From Myxococcota bacterium (GTDB lineage Bacteria > Myxococcota_A > UBA9160 > UBA4427), in NCBI GenBank assembly GCA_965250285.1, contig OZ252299.1:32001-96000 (forward strand): a stretch of 64,000 nt of DNA, given 5' to 3'. The position numbers and the translations under genes are program-made. Below, piece by piece: positions 39,205 through 48,085 of this stretch. The notes under the pieces are model-generated. The model worked only from the letters and a program-made list of their open reading frames with translations. It had not been told where the DNA came from and ran no database searches. Positions within the stretch are counted from its first letter, which is position 1; every line of letters begins with the position of its first letter.

Positions 39205-41403
39205 ATGCTCGACCCGAGACCCCAATCTCCCAGCCACCGCGCGCTGCTTTGCATCGCCACCGTGCTCTTGTGCGCGGCGGCTGCGTTGCCGGCGCGCGGC
39301 GAAGACGAAGACAACGACGACACCGTTCTGCGCGCTGAGACGATCGACGTGCGCGCCGAGCGGCCCGACGCCGTCGTGTTTCGGATGGAGCCGATCGAGA
39401 AGCAGCGGGTCGACCGGGAGGTCGTGAAAGCAATCCCCGGCAACGACGCCTCTTCGATCGTCGCGACGCTGCCGGGTTTTCGGATCCAACAGCGGATCCA
39501 GGGCCAGCAGGCGGCGGTGAGCATCGAAGGCATGCCACCGGAGAACACGCTGATCCTCGTGAACGGTCAGCGCTACACCGGTGCGATCGGTGAGGTCGCC
39601 GACCTGCGCGACGTGCCGATCACGAACATCGACTACATCGACGTGCAGCGCGGCTCGCAGGTGCTTCGCAACAGCAGCGACGCGGCGGGCGGGGTCATCT
39701 CGGTCGTGACGCGCCCGCCGCCGGCCGAAGACGGCTTCAGTCTCAATGCGGAGGGCGGCGGCGGCACCGATGGCCGCTACCTCGGCATGGTGACGGGCGG
39801 CGGGCGCATGGGGCCCGTCGGGCTCACGCTCTCGTACACGCGCGACCAGATCGACGGGTACGACCGACGTGGTTCGGGGGCCCGATTCGTCGGGCTCGGC
39901 GGCGACGACTCGAAGACCGTCATCGACGACTACTACGCACGGCTGAGCGCCGAGATCAGCGACTCGGCGACGATTCGCGGGTCGCTGGGCTGGCGCGTCC
40001 GCGACGACGACTACGTCGGCCAAGGGGCGTTCGACAGCGTCGATCTCGGCACGCGCACGACGCACCGCGTGCTCGGCGGTCTCGGTGGCCGCTGGGACTT
40101 CGCAGACTTCGGCGCGTTCGACATGGAAGTCTTCTACTACGACGACCGGGTTCGAGACACGGTGGGCCGCGAGATCATCCTCGACGAACGAGAGATTCGC
40201 CTCGATCCGAAGTTCGACTTCTTCTTCTCGCTGGGCTCGACAGATCATACGTTCAGGGTCGGCGCCGATATTCGATACACCGACGTCGATCTCGAGACGG
40301 GGTCGGTCGAGTTCGACCCGGTGAGTGGTGCACAGCAGCTGCAGACGCAGACGCAGACGCAGGAGTCGATCGCCCACGGCGGCCCCTTCGTCGAGTGGGA
40401 GGCCTCGCTGCTGCCGTGGCTCGATCTACTCGCCGGTGTGCGGGCCCAGTTCGATACGCGCTACGAGCCCGTCTGGACACCCCAGGTCGCGTTACTCGCG
40501 CGGGCCCACTCGACGCTGTCGTTTCGCGCGCAGTACGGGCGCAGCCGCCGAACGCCCTCGCTGCGCCAGATGTATCTCCCCGAGATCTCGCAGAACGGCG
40601 GGGCGTACTACCTGCGCGGCAACGACGAGCTCGAGCCCGAAGACACCCACACGTACCGCCTCGGCTTCGAGTGGCAGCCGCGGGATTGGGCGGTGGTGGC
40701 CGCGACCGGTTTCTACAACGACATCGAAGACCACATTCGCGCGGTCAACGCATACTCGGTCCAGGTCGCGACGAACGAGGTCTCGGTCGTGCGCGATCCG
40801 AACGACGTCGCGCTCGTCTGTCAGTCGATCCCCTTCGAGGAGTGGCCGAACTTTCCGTTCTGCGCGGGGGAGGTGCTCGTCGTGCCTTCGCCCGTCTATG
40901 CCGACGTATCCGTGTACCAGAACATTCAGGTGGCGCGCACGGCCGGAATCGAAGTGCAGAGCGTGCTGCACCCGCACGAGCTGGTCGACCTTCGCTTCGG
41001 GTACACGTTCCTCAAGTCGTACGTGGAGTACGACGGTCTTCCCGATCTGAGCGAGCTGCCGAACGAGCCGCGGCACACGCTGAACCTCAACGGGCAGTTC
41101 CGCGCGCCCCGCATTTCTCCCGCGATCGGCAAGCCCCAGCTCGGCGTCGATGTCCGCTATCGCGGCGCGTCGCTGCAGGAGCTCAGCGGCACAGGCTTCG
41201 CCAGCTTCACGAGCACGTCGCGCACCGATCCTTCATGGGAGGTCGACATGCGGCTCACGCTGCCCTTCCTCGAAGGCGACCGCGCCGCGGTCTACTTCGA
41301 TGTCTACAACGTCACCAACGAGGCGACCGTCGATTCGTACGAGATTCGGGGTCGCAGCTACTTCGCGGGCGTGCGCTTCGCCCTCGGCAGCCAGCCTCGC
41401 TGA
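39205..41403 (+). CDS. TonB-dependent outer-membrane receptor
   Basis: Signal peptide; TonB box ETIDV; plug ...NIDYIDVQRG....SSDAAGGVI; GNDELEPE; YNVTN...GRSYFAGVRF. Confidence 0.93.
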   Translation: MLDPRPQSPSHRALLCIATVLLCAAAALPARGEDEDNDDTVLRAETIDVRAERPDAVVFRMEPIEKQRVDREVVKAIPGNDASSIVATLPGFRIQQRIQGQQAAVSIEGMPPENTLILVNGQRYTGAIGEVADLRDVPITNIDYIDVQRGSQVLRNSSDAAGGVISVVTRPPPAEDGFSLNAEGGGGTDGRYLGMVTGGGRMGPVGLTLSYTRDQIDGYDRRGSGARFVGLGGDDSKTVIDDYYARLSAEISDSATIRGSLGWRVRDDDYVGQGAFDSVDLGTRTTHRVLGGLGGRWDFADFGAFDMEVFYYDDRVRDTVGREIILDEREIRLDPKFDFFFSLGSTDHTFRVGADIRYTDVDLETGSVEFDPVSGAQQLQTQTQTQESIAHGGPFVEWEASLLPWLDLLAGVRAQFDTRYEPVWTPQVALLARAHSTLSFRAQYGRSRRTPSLRQMYLPEISQNGGAYYLRGNDELEPEDTHTYRLGFEWQPRDWAVVAATGFYNDIEDHIRAVNAYSVQVATNEVSVVRDPNDVALVCQSIPFEEWPNFPFCAGEVLVVPSPVYADVSVYQNIQVARTAGIEVQSVLHPHELVDLRFGYTFLKSYVEYDGLPDLSELPNEPRHTLNLNGQFRAPRISPAIGKPQLGVDVRYRGASLQELSGTGFASFTSTSRTDPSWEVDMRLTLPFLEGDRAAVYFDVYNVTNEATVDSYEIRGRSYFAGVRFALGSQPR

Positions 41404-41474
41404 CCGAACCCGAGCCGCCACGGCTCGCGACCCGACGGCGCCGGCTCGGCGGCGATCGTCGAAAGGATGCATCC

Positions 41475-42230
41475 GTGAACCGAATGAGCTCGCTCGACCG
41501 GATCGAACGCCTCGGGCTGATCCTGCTGTCTGCCCTCGTCGTCTTACTGACTGGCTTGCCGCGCAGCGCCCAAGCCGCGGTGTTCGACCTGATGCCTGGA
41601 CCCGCCGGCGAGGATACGAGTCCCTACTCGTTCATCCCGTCCCTCGTACGCGGGAACTACACGACCATGTATGCGATGACGGGGGAGGACGAAGACGGCA
41701 TCGCCCACGACCAGATCGCCTATCTGAAGTTCGAGCTGCCGCCCGGCCTGCTTCAGCCCGGCGAGACGGTCATCGCGGCGTCGCTCTTCATGGTCTTCAG
41801 CTTCACGTTCTCGCACGATGGCACGCCGCCGCCGCCGGGCGGGGAGATGTACGTCCACGAAGTTCCGTCCCCGTGGAACGAGCAGACGATGACGTGGAAC
41901 AACAAGCCCGCCGTCGGGCCGATGATCGCGTCGGAGACGAACATTCCCGATTTCGGGTCGTACGAGTTCGACGTGACCGACACGGTTCGGTTCTGGGCGC
42001 ACGGCACGACGCCGAACAACGGCTTCGCCGTGACGAACCCGAGCGATACGCCGATCGGGTTCCATACGTGGGACGCGACGAGCGTCGATCCACTGCTGAT
42101 GAATCGCCTGGTGATCGTGACGGGCCCGGGTGATCCGCCGCCTTCGGTTCCGGTGCTCGGTCCGCTCGGAGCAGCGGCCTTGGCGTTCGGGCTCGGCGCG
42201 ATCGGCTGGCGGCGCGCCCGAGTCGTTTGA
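41475..42230 (+). CDS. Exported DNRLRE/CBM96-like domain protein with IPTL-CTERM-like anchor
   Basis: Signal peptide; AYLKFEL, WNE..MTWNNKP, FDVTD.V..W..G..PNNGF; tail VPVLGPLGAAALAFGLGAIGWRR. Confidence 0.8.
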   Translation: MNRMSSLDRIERLGLILLSALVVLLTGLPRSAQAAVFDLMPGPAGEDTSPYSFIPSLVRGNYTTMYAMTGEDEDGIAHDQIAYLKFELPPGLLQPGETVIAASLFMVFSFTFSHDGTPPPPGGEMYVHEVPSPWNEQTMTWNNKPAVGPMIASETNIPDFGSYEFDVTDTVRFWAHGTTPNNGFAVTNPSDTPIGFHTWDATSVDPLLMNRLVIVTGPGDPPPSVPVLGPLGAAALAFGLGAIGWRRARVV

Positions 42231-42291
42231 GGGCGGCGCGCCCGCGCCGATTGAGGGCGGCGCGCCCTCGCCGATCGACGGCGGCGCGAGG
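42227..42291. repeat. 24-bp tandem repeat (about 2.7 copies, plus a degenerate upstream copy)
   Basis: TTGAGGGCGGCGCGCCCGCGCCGA / TTGAGGGCGGCGCGCCCTCGCCGA / TCGACGGCGGCGCGAGG. Confidence 0.8.
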
Positions 42292-42409
42292 TCGACTTCG
42301 GCTCGGCGAACATCCCGTGCGTGATAGGCTCGGGGTGCTCGTCTGGCCGGGCGTCGATGGCGGCGTAGGGCTGACCGAACGACGACGGCCGGGCACCGGG
42401 AGGCCCGCC

Positions 42410-43390
42410 GTGTCTCTGCGCATCGTCGCGCTCTTGCTGCTTGCGCTCGGCTGCAGCGACGCCTCCGATCGGTCCGAGACGCTCGACTTCGGTCCGATCG
42501 AGCGCGGCTATCCGCAGGCGACCGAACTCGAGACGTTCGAAGCGCGCGATGGCGCTTCGCTTGCGCTGCGCCACTACCCAGCCGCCGCACCGGTCGCCCT
42601 GGTGCTCTTCCATGGCTCCGGGGGGCACTCGCTCTATTTGTCCGAGCTCGCTGCCTCGATCGCGAACGCCGGCGTCGCCGAGGTCTACACGCCCGACCTG
42701 CGCGGTCATGGCGCCGACCCCGAGCGTCGGGGCGACATCGACTACATCGACCAGCTCGAGCACGATGCGGCCGACCTGATCGCCGAGATCCGACGTCGAA
42801 GCCCCGGCGCAGCGGTCGTCGTCGGAGGGCACTCTTCGGGTGGAGGCCTCGCGATTCGGCTCGCCGGGGCCGACGTGGCCGAGGCGCCCGATGGCTATCT
42901 GCTGCTCGCGCCGTTCTTGCAGCACGATGCGCCGACCGTTCGACCGAACTCGGGAGGATGGGCCAAGCCGAAGACGGGGCGCATCGTCGTGCTGTCGATC
43001 CTCAACGGGTTCGGTGTGACGGCCCTCAACGGGCTGACGGCGCTCGAGTTCGATCGTCCGCCCGGAAGCCGGACCGGCCTCGAGACCGACGCCTACAGCT
43101 ATCGCTTGATGACGGGCTTCGCACCCCGCGACTACCGGACCGACCTGCAGCGTCTGCGTGCGCCGACGCTCGTGCTGGTGGGCGACCGCGACGAAGCGTT
43201 CGTCGCCGATGCGTTCGCCGGCGTATTCGGAGAGTGGGCACCCCACGCGCGCGTCGATCTCGTGCCGAGTGCGGGGCACATCGGCCTCGTGTTCGAACCC
43301 GCGGTGCGCGAAGCCGTCGTGGCGTGGCTCGCCGAGGTCAACCTGAGTGCCGGCTCTGCACGTGGCGCGGTTCAGCTGTCGAGCTGGTAG
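42410..43390 (+). CDS. Alpha/beta hydrolase lipoprotein
   Basis: Lipobox LGC; HGSG, DLRGHG, GHSSGG, G..D, AGH; GGAGG RBS. Confidence 0.88.
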   Translation: MSLRIVALLLLALGCSDASDRSETLDFGPIERGYPQATELETFEARDGASLALRHYPAAAPVALVLFHGSGGHSLYLSELAASIANAGVAEVYTPDLRGHGADPERRGDIDYIDQLEHDAADLIAEIRRRSPGAAVVVGGHSSGGGLAIRLAGADVAEAPDGYLLLAPFLQHDAPTVRPNSGGWAKPKTGRIVVLSILNGFGVTALNGLTALEFDRPPGSRTGLETDAYSYRLMTGFAPRDYRTDLQRLRAPTLVLVGDRDEAFVADAFAGVFGEWAPHARVDLVPSAGHIGLVFEPAVREAVVAWLAEVNLSAGSARGAVQLSSW

Positions 43391-44115
43391 CGCACGGGGA
43401 CCTCGATCCACGACACGCCCTCGGGTGGCGGCGGGAAGTCTCCGACCCGCTCGACGGCGCTGCGCGTGGCCTTCTCGAGCAGCTTGTGGGCCGGGTCGAC
43501 CATCTCGATCGCGCCGACGAGCCCGCCCGCCGTCAGCTGCAGCCGCATCAGCACCGTGCCTTCGACGCCGCGCCGCTCCGCTTGGCGCGGGTACCGCTTG
43601 CGATCGTCGATCAGCCGGCGGACGCGGCTGACATACAGGTTCACCTCGTCGGGATGGGCTTGCCCCGCGGTTTCGACGGTCGGGGCCGGAGCCGCGACCG
43701 CCGGGAGCGCCTGGGCCGGTGCTGTCTCGGGTTCGTTCGCCGGTTCGGCGGCCGGAGGTGGGGTTTCGACGATCTCGACGACTTCGGTGCGTTCACTGAC
43801 CTCGACGACCGGCTTCGGTGTCGGCTCGACCACCGGCTCGGTCACTGGTTCGAGTAAGGGCTTCGATACGGGGGCCGGCGCAGGTAAGGTGTCGGGCTCT
43901 GCGGGTGCGGTGGTCGTCTGGATCAGCGCGACCGACATCGCAGCGGGCGCATCTGTGAGTCGCACGGGCGTCGGCTCGGAGCCGAGCATTGCCCAGGCGC
44001 CGATCGCCACGACGTGCAGCGCGAGACTGACGGCCCACGCGACCGCTCGCCCGGAGTGCGGCGGCGTCGAACGCGGCCGCGTCGGGATGGATGCAAGAAG
44101 GGTCGCCTCCGCCAC
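43372..44115 (-). CDS. tonB: Energy transducer TonB
   Basis: S.ALH TM motif, Pro/Glu-rich linker, YP.QA.RRGVEG.V C-terminal domain. Confidence 0.92.
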   Translation of the reverse strand: MAEATLLASIPTRPRSTPPHSGRAVAWAVSLALHVVAIGAWAMLGSEPTPVRLTDAPAAMSVALIQTTTAPAEPDTLPAPAPVSKPLLEPVTEPVVEPTPKPVVEVSERTEVVEIVETPPPAAEPANEPETAPAQALPAVAAPAPTVETAGQAHPDEVNLYVSRVRRLIDDRKRYPRQAERRGVEGTVLMRLQLTAGGLVGAIEMVDPAHKLLEKATRSAVERVGDFPPPPEGVSWIEVPVRYQLDS

Positions 44116-44133
44116 AGGGGTCTGCTCCGGTGC

Positions 44134-44508
44134 CTACTTGGTGAGGATCAGGCGGTCGTTGCGGGTGAGGCGCAGCGTGTAGATCTCGCCCGCGTGCTCG
44201 ATGTGCAGCACCCGGCCGTCTCCGAGCAGCTCGCGCGCGTCGAGCGTGCGCGGCAGGATCGTCGGTCGCAGGGCGGCCTCGACGTCGAGCTCGTTCTCTT
44301 CGGGGCGAGGCGACGATTTCGGGGCCGCGGTGGGCTCGGGGCGAGGCGACGAATTCAGGGCCGCGGTGGGCTCGGGGCGAGGCGACGATTTCGGGGCCGC
44401 GGTGGGCTCGGGGCGAGGCGACGATTTCAGGGCCGCGGTGGGCGCCGCTGATTCGGGCGCCTCGGATCGTTCGCTGGGTTGGCCATCCGGTTCGCGATCG
44501 CGCGTCAT
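44134..44508 (-). CDS. hemP: Hemin uptake protein HemP (copy 2) with repeat-expanded N-terminus
   Basis: DARELLG....L.I.H.GEIYTLRLTRNDRLILTK; four 12-aa repeats PTAA(L/P)(K/N)SSPRPE. Confidence 0.88.
   Translation of the reverse strand: MTRDREPDGQPSERSEAPESAAPTAALKSSPRPEPTAAPKSSPRPEPTAALNSSPRPEPTAAPKSSPRPEENELDVEAALRPTILPRTLDARELLGDGRVLHIEHAGEIYTLRLTRNDRLILTK
44300..44443. repeat. 36-bp tandem repeat x4, in-frame in hemP copy 2
   Basis: TCGGGGCGAGGCGACGAWTTCRGGGCCGCGGTGGGC repeated head-to-tail with no spacers. Confidence 0.95.
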
Positions 44509-44623
44509 CGCGGGCCTCCTCGTGCGGGTCGAAACCCGGGTGGGGGAGGGGGCTCGCGTTTCGGGCTGGCGGATGGCTGGCCACGAGACTCCCGGCGCAC
44601 CTGTCGCGGTGCGCCGAGCATAC

Positions 44624-44649
44624 TATTGAAATTGACAATCGTTTTCAAC
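44624..44649. promoter_or_regulatory. Fur-box-like operator C
   Basis: TATTGAAATTGACAATCGTTTTCAAC; 23/26 identical to operator A. Confidence 0.82.
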
Positions 44650-44772
44650 GATGTAGAGTGATTGGCGAGCCAGCCGGGGCCCTTCCCCCGCCAGCCGAAT
44701 CCAGACGCACGCGAGCCTCTCCCTCCGCCCGGCGCACATGCCAGCGGCGGCCAGGCTCGTCTTGGAGACGGC

Positions 44773-45231
44773 ATGGCGAATCCGACCCCCCCTGGCGCGG
44801 CGACCCCGCTCGAAGCGGAGCCCACCCTCGAAGCGCTCTTCGATCGTCTCATCGGCCTCGGTCCGTTCCGGATCATCCATCAGGTCGGGCCGAGCACGTT
44901 CGAGGCCATCGCGCGCATCGTCCCGATGACGGTGGTGGGTCCGTTTCTGAACGTCATCTGTGACGACTACCACTGGCACTTGAAGCTCGACGGCATCGGC
45001 CACGCACAGAGCTTCGATCAGACGCACGCGCGCAGCGGCCGGCGCGTGCTCTTTCTCGCGCTCGCTGACCGCGCGCCGGGCGAGGGCGGCGAGGTGTTCA
45101 CCCGCCTCTACGTCCACCGCGCCAAAGGCGCCGAGTTCGACCCCGACGTACTCGAGGGCTTCCTGGCGCTGCACGGCCGGCTGAAGGGCGGGGTCACCCT
45201 CGCCGCTCCCGAACCCACTTCGGACCGCTAA
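44773..45231 (+). CDS. ChuX/HutX-family heme carrier-like protein
   Basis: LG.FRII......FE, G.FLNV...HWHLKLD.I, LYV.R..G.E pattern; GGAG RBS; heme-locus context. Confidence 0.72.
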   Translation: MANPTPPGAATPLEAEPTLEALFDRLIGLGPFRIIHQVGPSTFEAIARIVPMTVVGPFLNVICDDYHWHLKLDGIGHAQSFDQTHARSGRRVLFLALADRAPGEGGEVFTRLYVHRAKGAEFDPDVLEGFLALHGRLKGGVTLAAPEPTSDR

Positions 45232-45256
45232 CGCGAAACCGACGGAGACTCGAACC

Positions 45257-46189
45257 GTGACCTTCCAACGATGCGGGCGCTGCGCGCTCGCCTCATTCCT
45301 CCTTGCTCTCAGCGTGTCGGTCGCGCTGCCGGTGGCGGCGGTCGACGACTCGGAGTCGGTGCGCTGGGCGTCGCTGCTGCCCTTCGTGGGCACCGCGCTT
45401 CGTGGAGCCGGGCCCGAGTACGCGCCCGTCGCCGAGGTGCGCGCATCGATGCATCAACCGCCGCCCGCTGGCGCGGCCGATCTCGGTTCGGCCCATCAGC
45501 CGAACTTCGAGGTGCTCGTCGGGTCGCGGCCGGCGTTCGTCGTCGGCGACCGCGTGCTGCATGCGTCGCTCGTGTCGAAGCTCGAGCCGGCCGCGGTCGA
45601 GCTGGTGCTGCTCGACACGTCGAGCATCGACGGCACGCTCGACGGGTTGGCGCGGGTCGCCGAGCGAGTCGGCGCTTCAGGGGTGATGGCGACCGATCTC
45701 ACGCACGTCCGTCAGGCGCTCGCAGAGATCGAGATCGAGGGCGATCCCGAGGTGCTTCCGCTGTACGGCGTGCCCGGCCGCTACCTGCTGCTCACCGAGC
45801 AGACCTGGGTGGGCGATCTCATCACGTCGAGCGGGGGGAGACTGACGTCGCCCGAAGGCCTCGCTCCGCCCAGCGACGCGTCGTCGAAGCGACGCGCGCG
45901 GCACCCCGGCTACATCCAGGTCAGCGATGAGTGGCTGACCGCACAGCGCCCCGACGCCGTGCTGCTGCTGAGTCACGGCGACCCCGCCGCGATCGCAGCT
46001 TCATTTCGAAAGCGCATCGCCGAGGGCGGGGCCTGGGCACCGCTGGCCGAGTCGACGGGTGGCCGCGTCTACGCGCTGTCGCCCGCGCTGTTCTCGACCA
46101 ACCCGGGCCTCGGCCTGGCCGAGGCGGCGCAGGAGCTGCGGCGGGTGCTCGGCGCGCCCCCGGCCGTGGCGGCGGGGCCGACGCAGTGA
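45257..46189 (+). CDS. Heme/iron ABC transporter substrate-binding protein (IsdE/HtsA-like)
   Basis: Signal peptide; LGSAHQPNFE, GVPGRYLL.T..TWVGDLI...GG, RPD.VLLLSHGDP. Confidence 0.85.
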   Translation: MTFQRCGRCALASFLLALSVSVALPVAAVDDSESVRWASLLPFVGTALRGAGPEYAPVAEVRASMHQPPPAGAADLGSAHQPNFEVLVGSRPAFVVGDRVLHASLVSKLEPAAVELVLLDTSSIDGTLDGLARVAERVGASGVMATDLTHVRQALAEIEIEGDPEVLPLYGVPGRYLLLTEQTWVGDLITSSGGRLTSPEGLAPPSDASSKRRARHPGYIQVSDEWLTAQRPDAVLLLSHGDPAAIAASFRKRIAEGGAWAPLAESTGGRVYALSPALFSTNPGLGLAEAAQELRRVLGAPPAVAAGPTQ

Positions 46190-47226
46190 ACGTGGGGGTC
46201 GCACGCTGGCTGCCCCGCAGCTGGGCGCTCGCGCTCGGCTCGGGCGGCTTCGTGCCCGCCGGGCTCGCGTTTGCGGCCGGCGCGGCCGCGCTCGGCGTGT
46301 CGATCCTCGTCTCGCTGTCGATGGGGGCGGCTGACGTGCCGCTGACCGAGGTGCCGACGGCGCTACTGACCGATGCGCACCCGCTCTCGGCCGTCGTCCA
46401 GCAGGTGCGCGCGCCGCGCGTCTTCGCGGGCGTCTTCGTCGGCGTCGCGCTCGCCACCGCGGGTGTGCTGATGCAGACGGTCGTCCGCAATCCGCTCGCC
46501 GATCCCGGGCTCCTCGGCGTCACGGCGGGCGCCGGTCTCGGCGTGTTGCTCGCCATGCTTCTCTGGCCCGAGCTCGTGGCGCTGCGCCCGGTGCTCGGCC
46601 TCGGTGGCGGCCTGCTGGCCGCGGGCGTCGTGGTCGCGCTCTCGTGGGGGCACTCGATTCGGGCCGTCCCGCTGCGCATCGTGCTCTCGGGCGTGGCGAT
46701 GCAGGCGATCTTCTTTTCGGCCATCGCGCTGCTCACGTTCATCTTCGCCGACCGTGCCCCGGCGTTCGTCGCGTTCACCGTCGGCTCGGTCTCGGGGCTC
46801 GGGTGGGCCGACGTGTGGCTCGTGGGGCTGCCTTCGATCGTGGGGGGGCTGCTCGCCTTCGCGCTGATCCCGGTGCTCGACCTGTTGTTGCTCGACGATG
46901 CGTCGGCAGCCGGCGTCGGCATGCCGGTCCGTCGCGCCCGGCTCGGTGTCTCGATCGTCGCTGCGTGCCTCGTCGCGAGCGCGGTGTCGGTCGCCGGGCT
47001 GATCGGTTTCGTCGGTCTCGTCGTGCCGAACGCGGCGCGACTGCAGGTGGGTCCGAGCCATCTCGCGTTGCTCGGAACGTCGGTGCTCTTCGGCGGAGCG
47101 CTCGTGGTGTTGGCTGACAGTGCGGCCCGGCTTCTGCTGTCGCCGGTCGAACTGCCGGTCGGCGCGCTGCTCGCCGCGATCGGCGGGCCGTACTTTCTCT
47201 GGCTGCTCTGGCGAGGGGACGTATGA
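46186..47226 (+). CDS. FecCD-family ABC permease
   Basis: R.PR, Q...RNPLADPGLLGV, GLIGFVGLVVP, ELPVG, IGGPYFLWLL. Confidence 0.94.
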   Translation: MNVGVARWLPRSWALALGSGGFVPAGLAFAAGAAALGVSILVSLSMGAADVPLTEVPTALLTDAHPLSAVVQQVRAPRVFAGVFVGVALATAGVLMQTVVRNPLADPGLLGVTAGAGLGVLLAMLLWPELVALRPVLGLGGGLLAAGVVVALSWGHSIRAVPLRIVLSGVAMQAIFFSAIALLTFIFADRAPAFVAFTVGSVSGLGWADVWLVGLPSIVGGLLAFALIPVLDLLLLDDASAAGVGMPVRRARLGVSIVAACLVASAVSVAGLIGFVGLVVPNAARLQVGPSHLALLGTSVLFGGALVVLADSAARLLLSPVELPVGALLAAIGGPYFLWLLWRGDV

Positions 47227-48065
47227 CCTCGCAGGCCTCGACGACCAGCACGCCGCCGCCCGGCGGCAAGGGGCTGCGCGCCGAGCGCGTCCATGTTCGC
47301 CACGACGGCGCCGACCGCGACGTGCTGCGCGACGTGACCGTGTCACTCGAGCCCGGTGAGATCCTCGCGCTCGTTGGGCCGAACGGGTCGGGCAAGTCGA
47401 CGCTCCTCGCCACACTGGCCGGTGAGCTCGTTCCGCACAAGGGCACGGCGACGCTCGATGGCGTGGCGTGTCACCGCGTACCGCGCCGGACCTTTGCACG
47501 TCGTGTCGCGCGACTGCCCCAAGAGCCTCAGGCGCCGCCGGGCCTCACGGTACGCGAGCTCGTGCGTCTCGGTCGCTTCGCACATCGGTCGCCGATCGCG
47601 CCGCTCCGTGCAGAGGACGAGCACCGCGTGCAGTGGGCGCTGCGTCGACTCGAGATCGATGACTTTGCGTCGCGGCCCGTGATGTCGCTCTCGGGCGGTG
47701 AGCGGCGACGCGCGTGGCTGGCCATGGTGCTGGCTCAGGGGGCGCAGATGCTGCTGCTCGACGAGCCGACGTCGGCGCTCGATCTGTTGCATGAGTGGGA
47801 GATTCTCGAGCTACTCGTCGAGCTCAACCGCGAAGAAGGCATCGCCATCGTCGTCTCGCTGCACGACCTCGCGCACGCCGCGCGCATTGCGCACCGCGCA
47901 GTGGTGCTTCACCGCGGTCGTATCTACGACGTCGGCCCGCCCGAGGTCTGCCTCGATCCCGACCTGCTCCGCGACGTGTTTCGCGTCGAGGCGGCGCTGA
48001 TCGGCGACGGAGCCGATCGGCGCATTCACGTGAAGGGGCGGGGCTTGCCCGTCCGCAGCCTCTGA
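47223..48065 (+). CDS. Iron-chelate ABC transporter ATP-binding protein
   Basis: GPNGSGKST, LSGGE, LLLDEPT and LHDL motifs. Confidence 0.95.
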   Translation: MTSQASTTSTPPPGGKGLRAERVHVRHDGADRDVLRDVTVSLEPGEILALVGPNGSGKSTLLATLAGELVPHKGTATLDGVACHRVPRRTFARRVARLPQEPQAPPGLTVRELVRLGRFAHRSPIAPLRAEDEHRVQWALRRLEIDDFASRPVMSLSGGERRRAWLAMVLAQGAQMLLLDEPTSALDLLHEWEILELLVELNREEGIAIVVSLHDLAHAARIAHRAVVLHRGRIYDVGPPEVCLDPDLLRDVFRVEAALIGDGADRRIHVKGRGLPVRSL

Positions 48066-48085
48066 CACTCGATCAGGAGACCGAG

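Noticed and set aside
40341..40362. GCAGAC microsatellite in the TBDR as a phase-variation switch
   Set aside because: The hexamer unit keeps frame (QTQTQTQ), so at most it changes loop length
44300..44443. 36-bp repeats as a CRISPR array
   Set aside because: Units are head-to-tail with no spacers, lie in frame within hemP, and no cas genes are present
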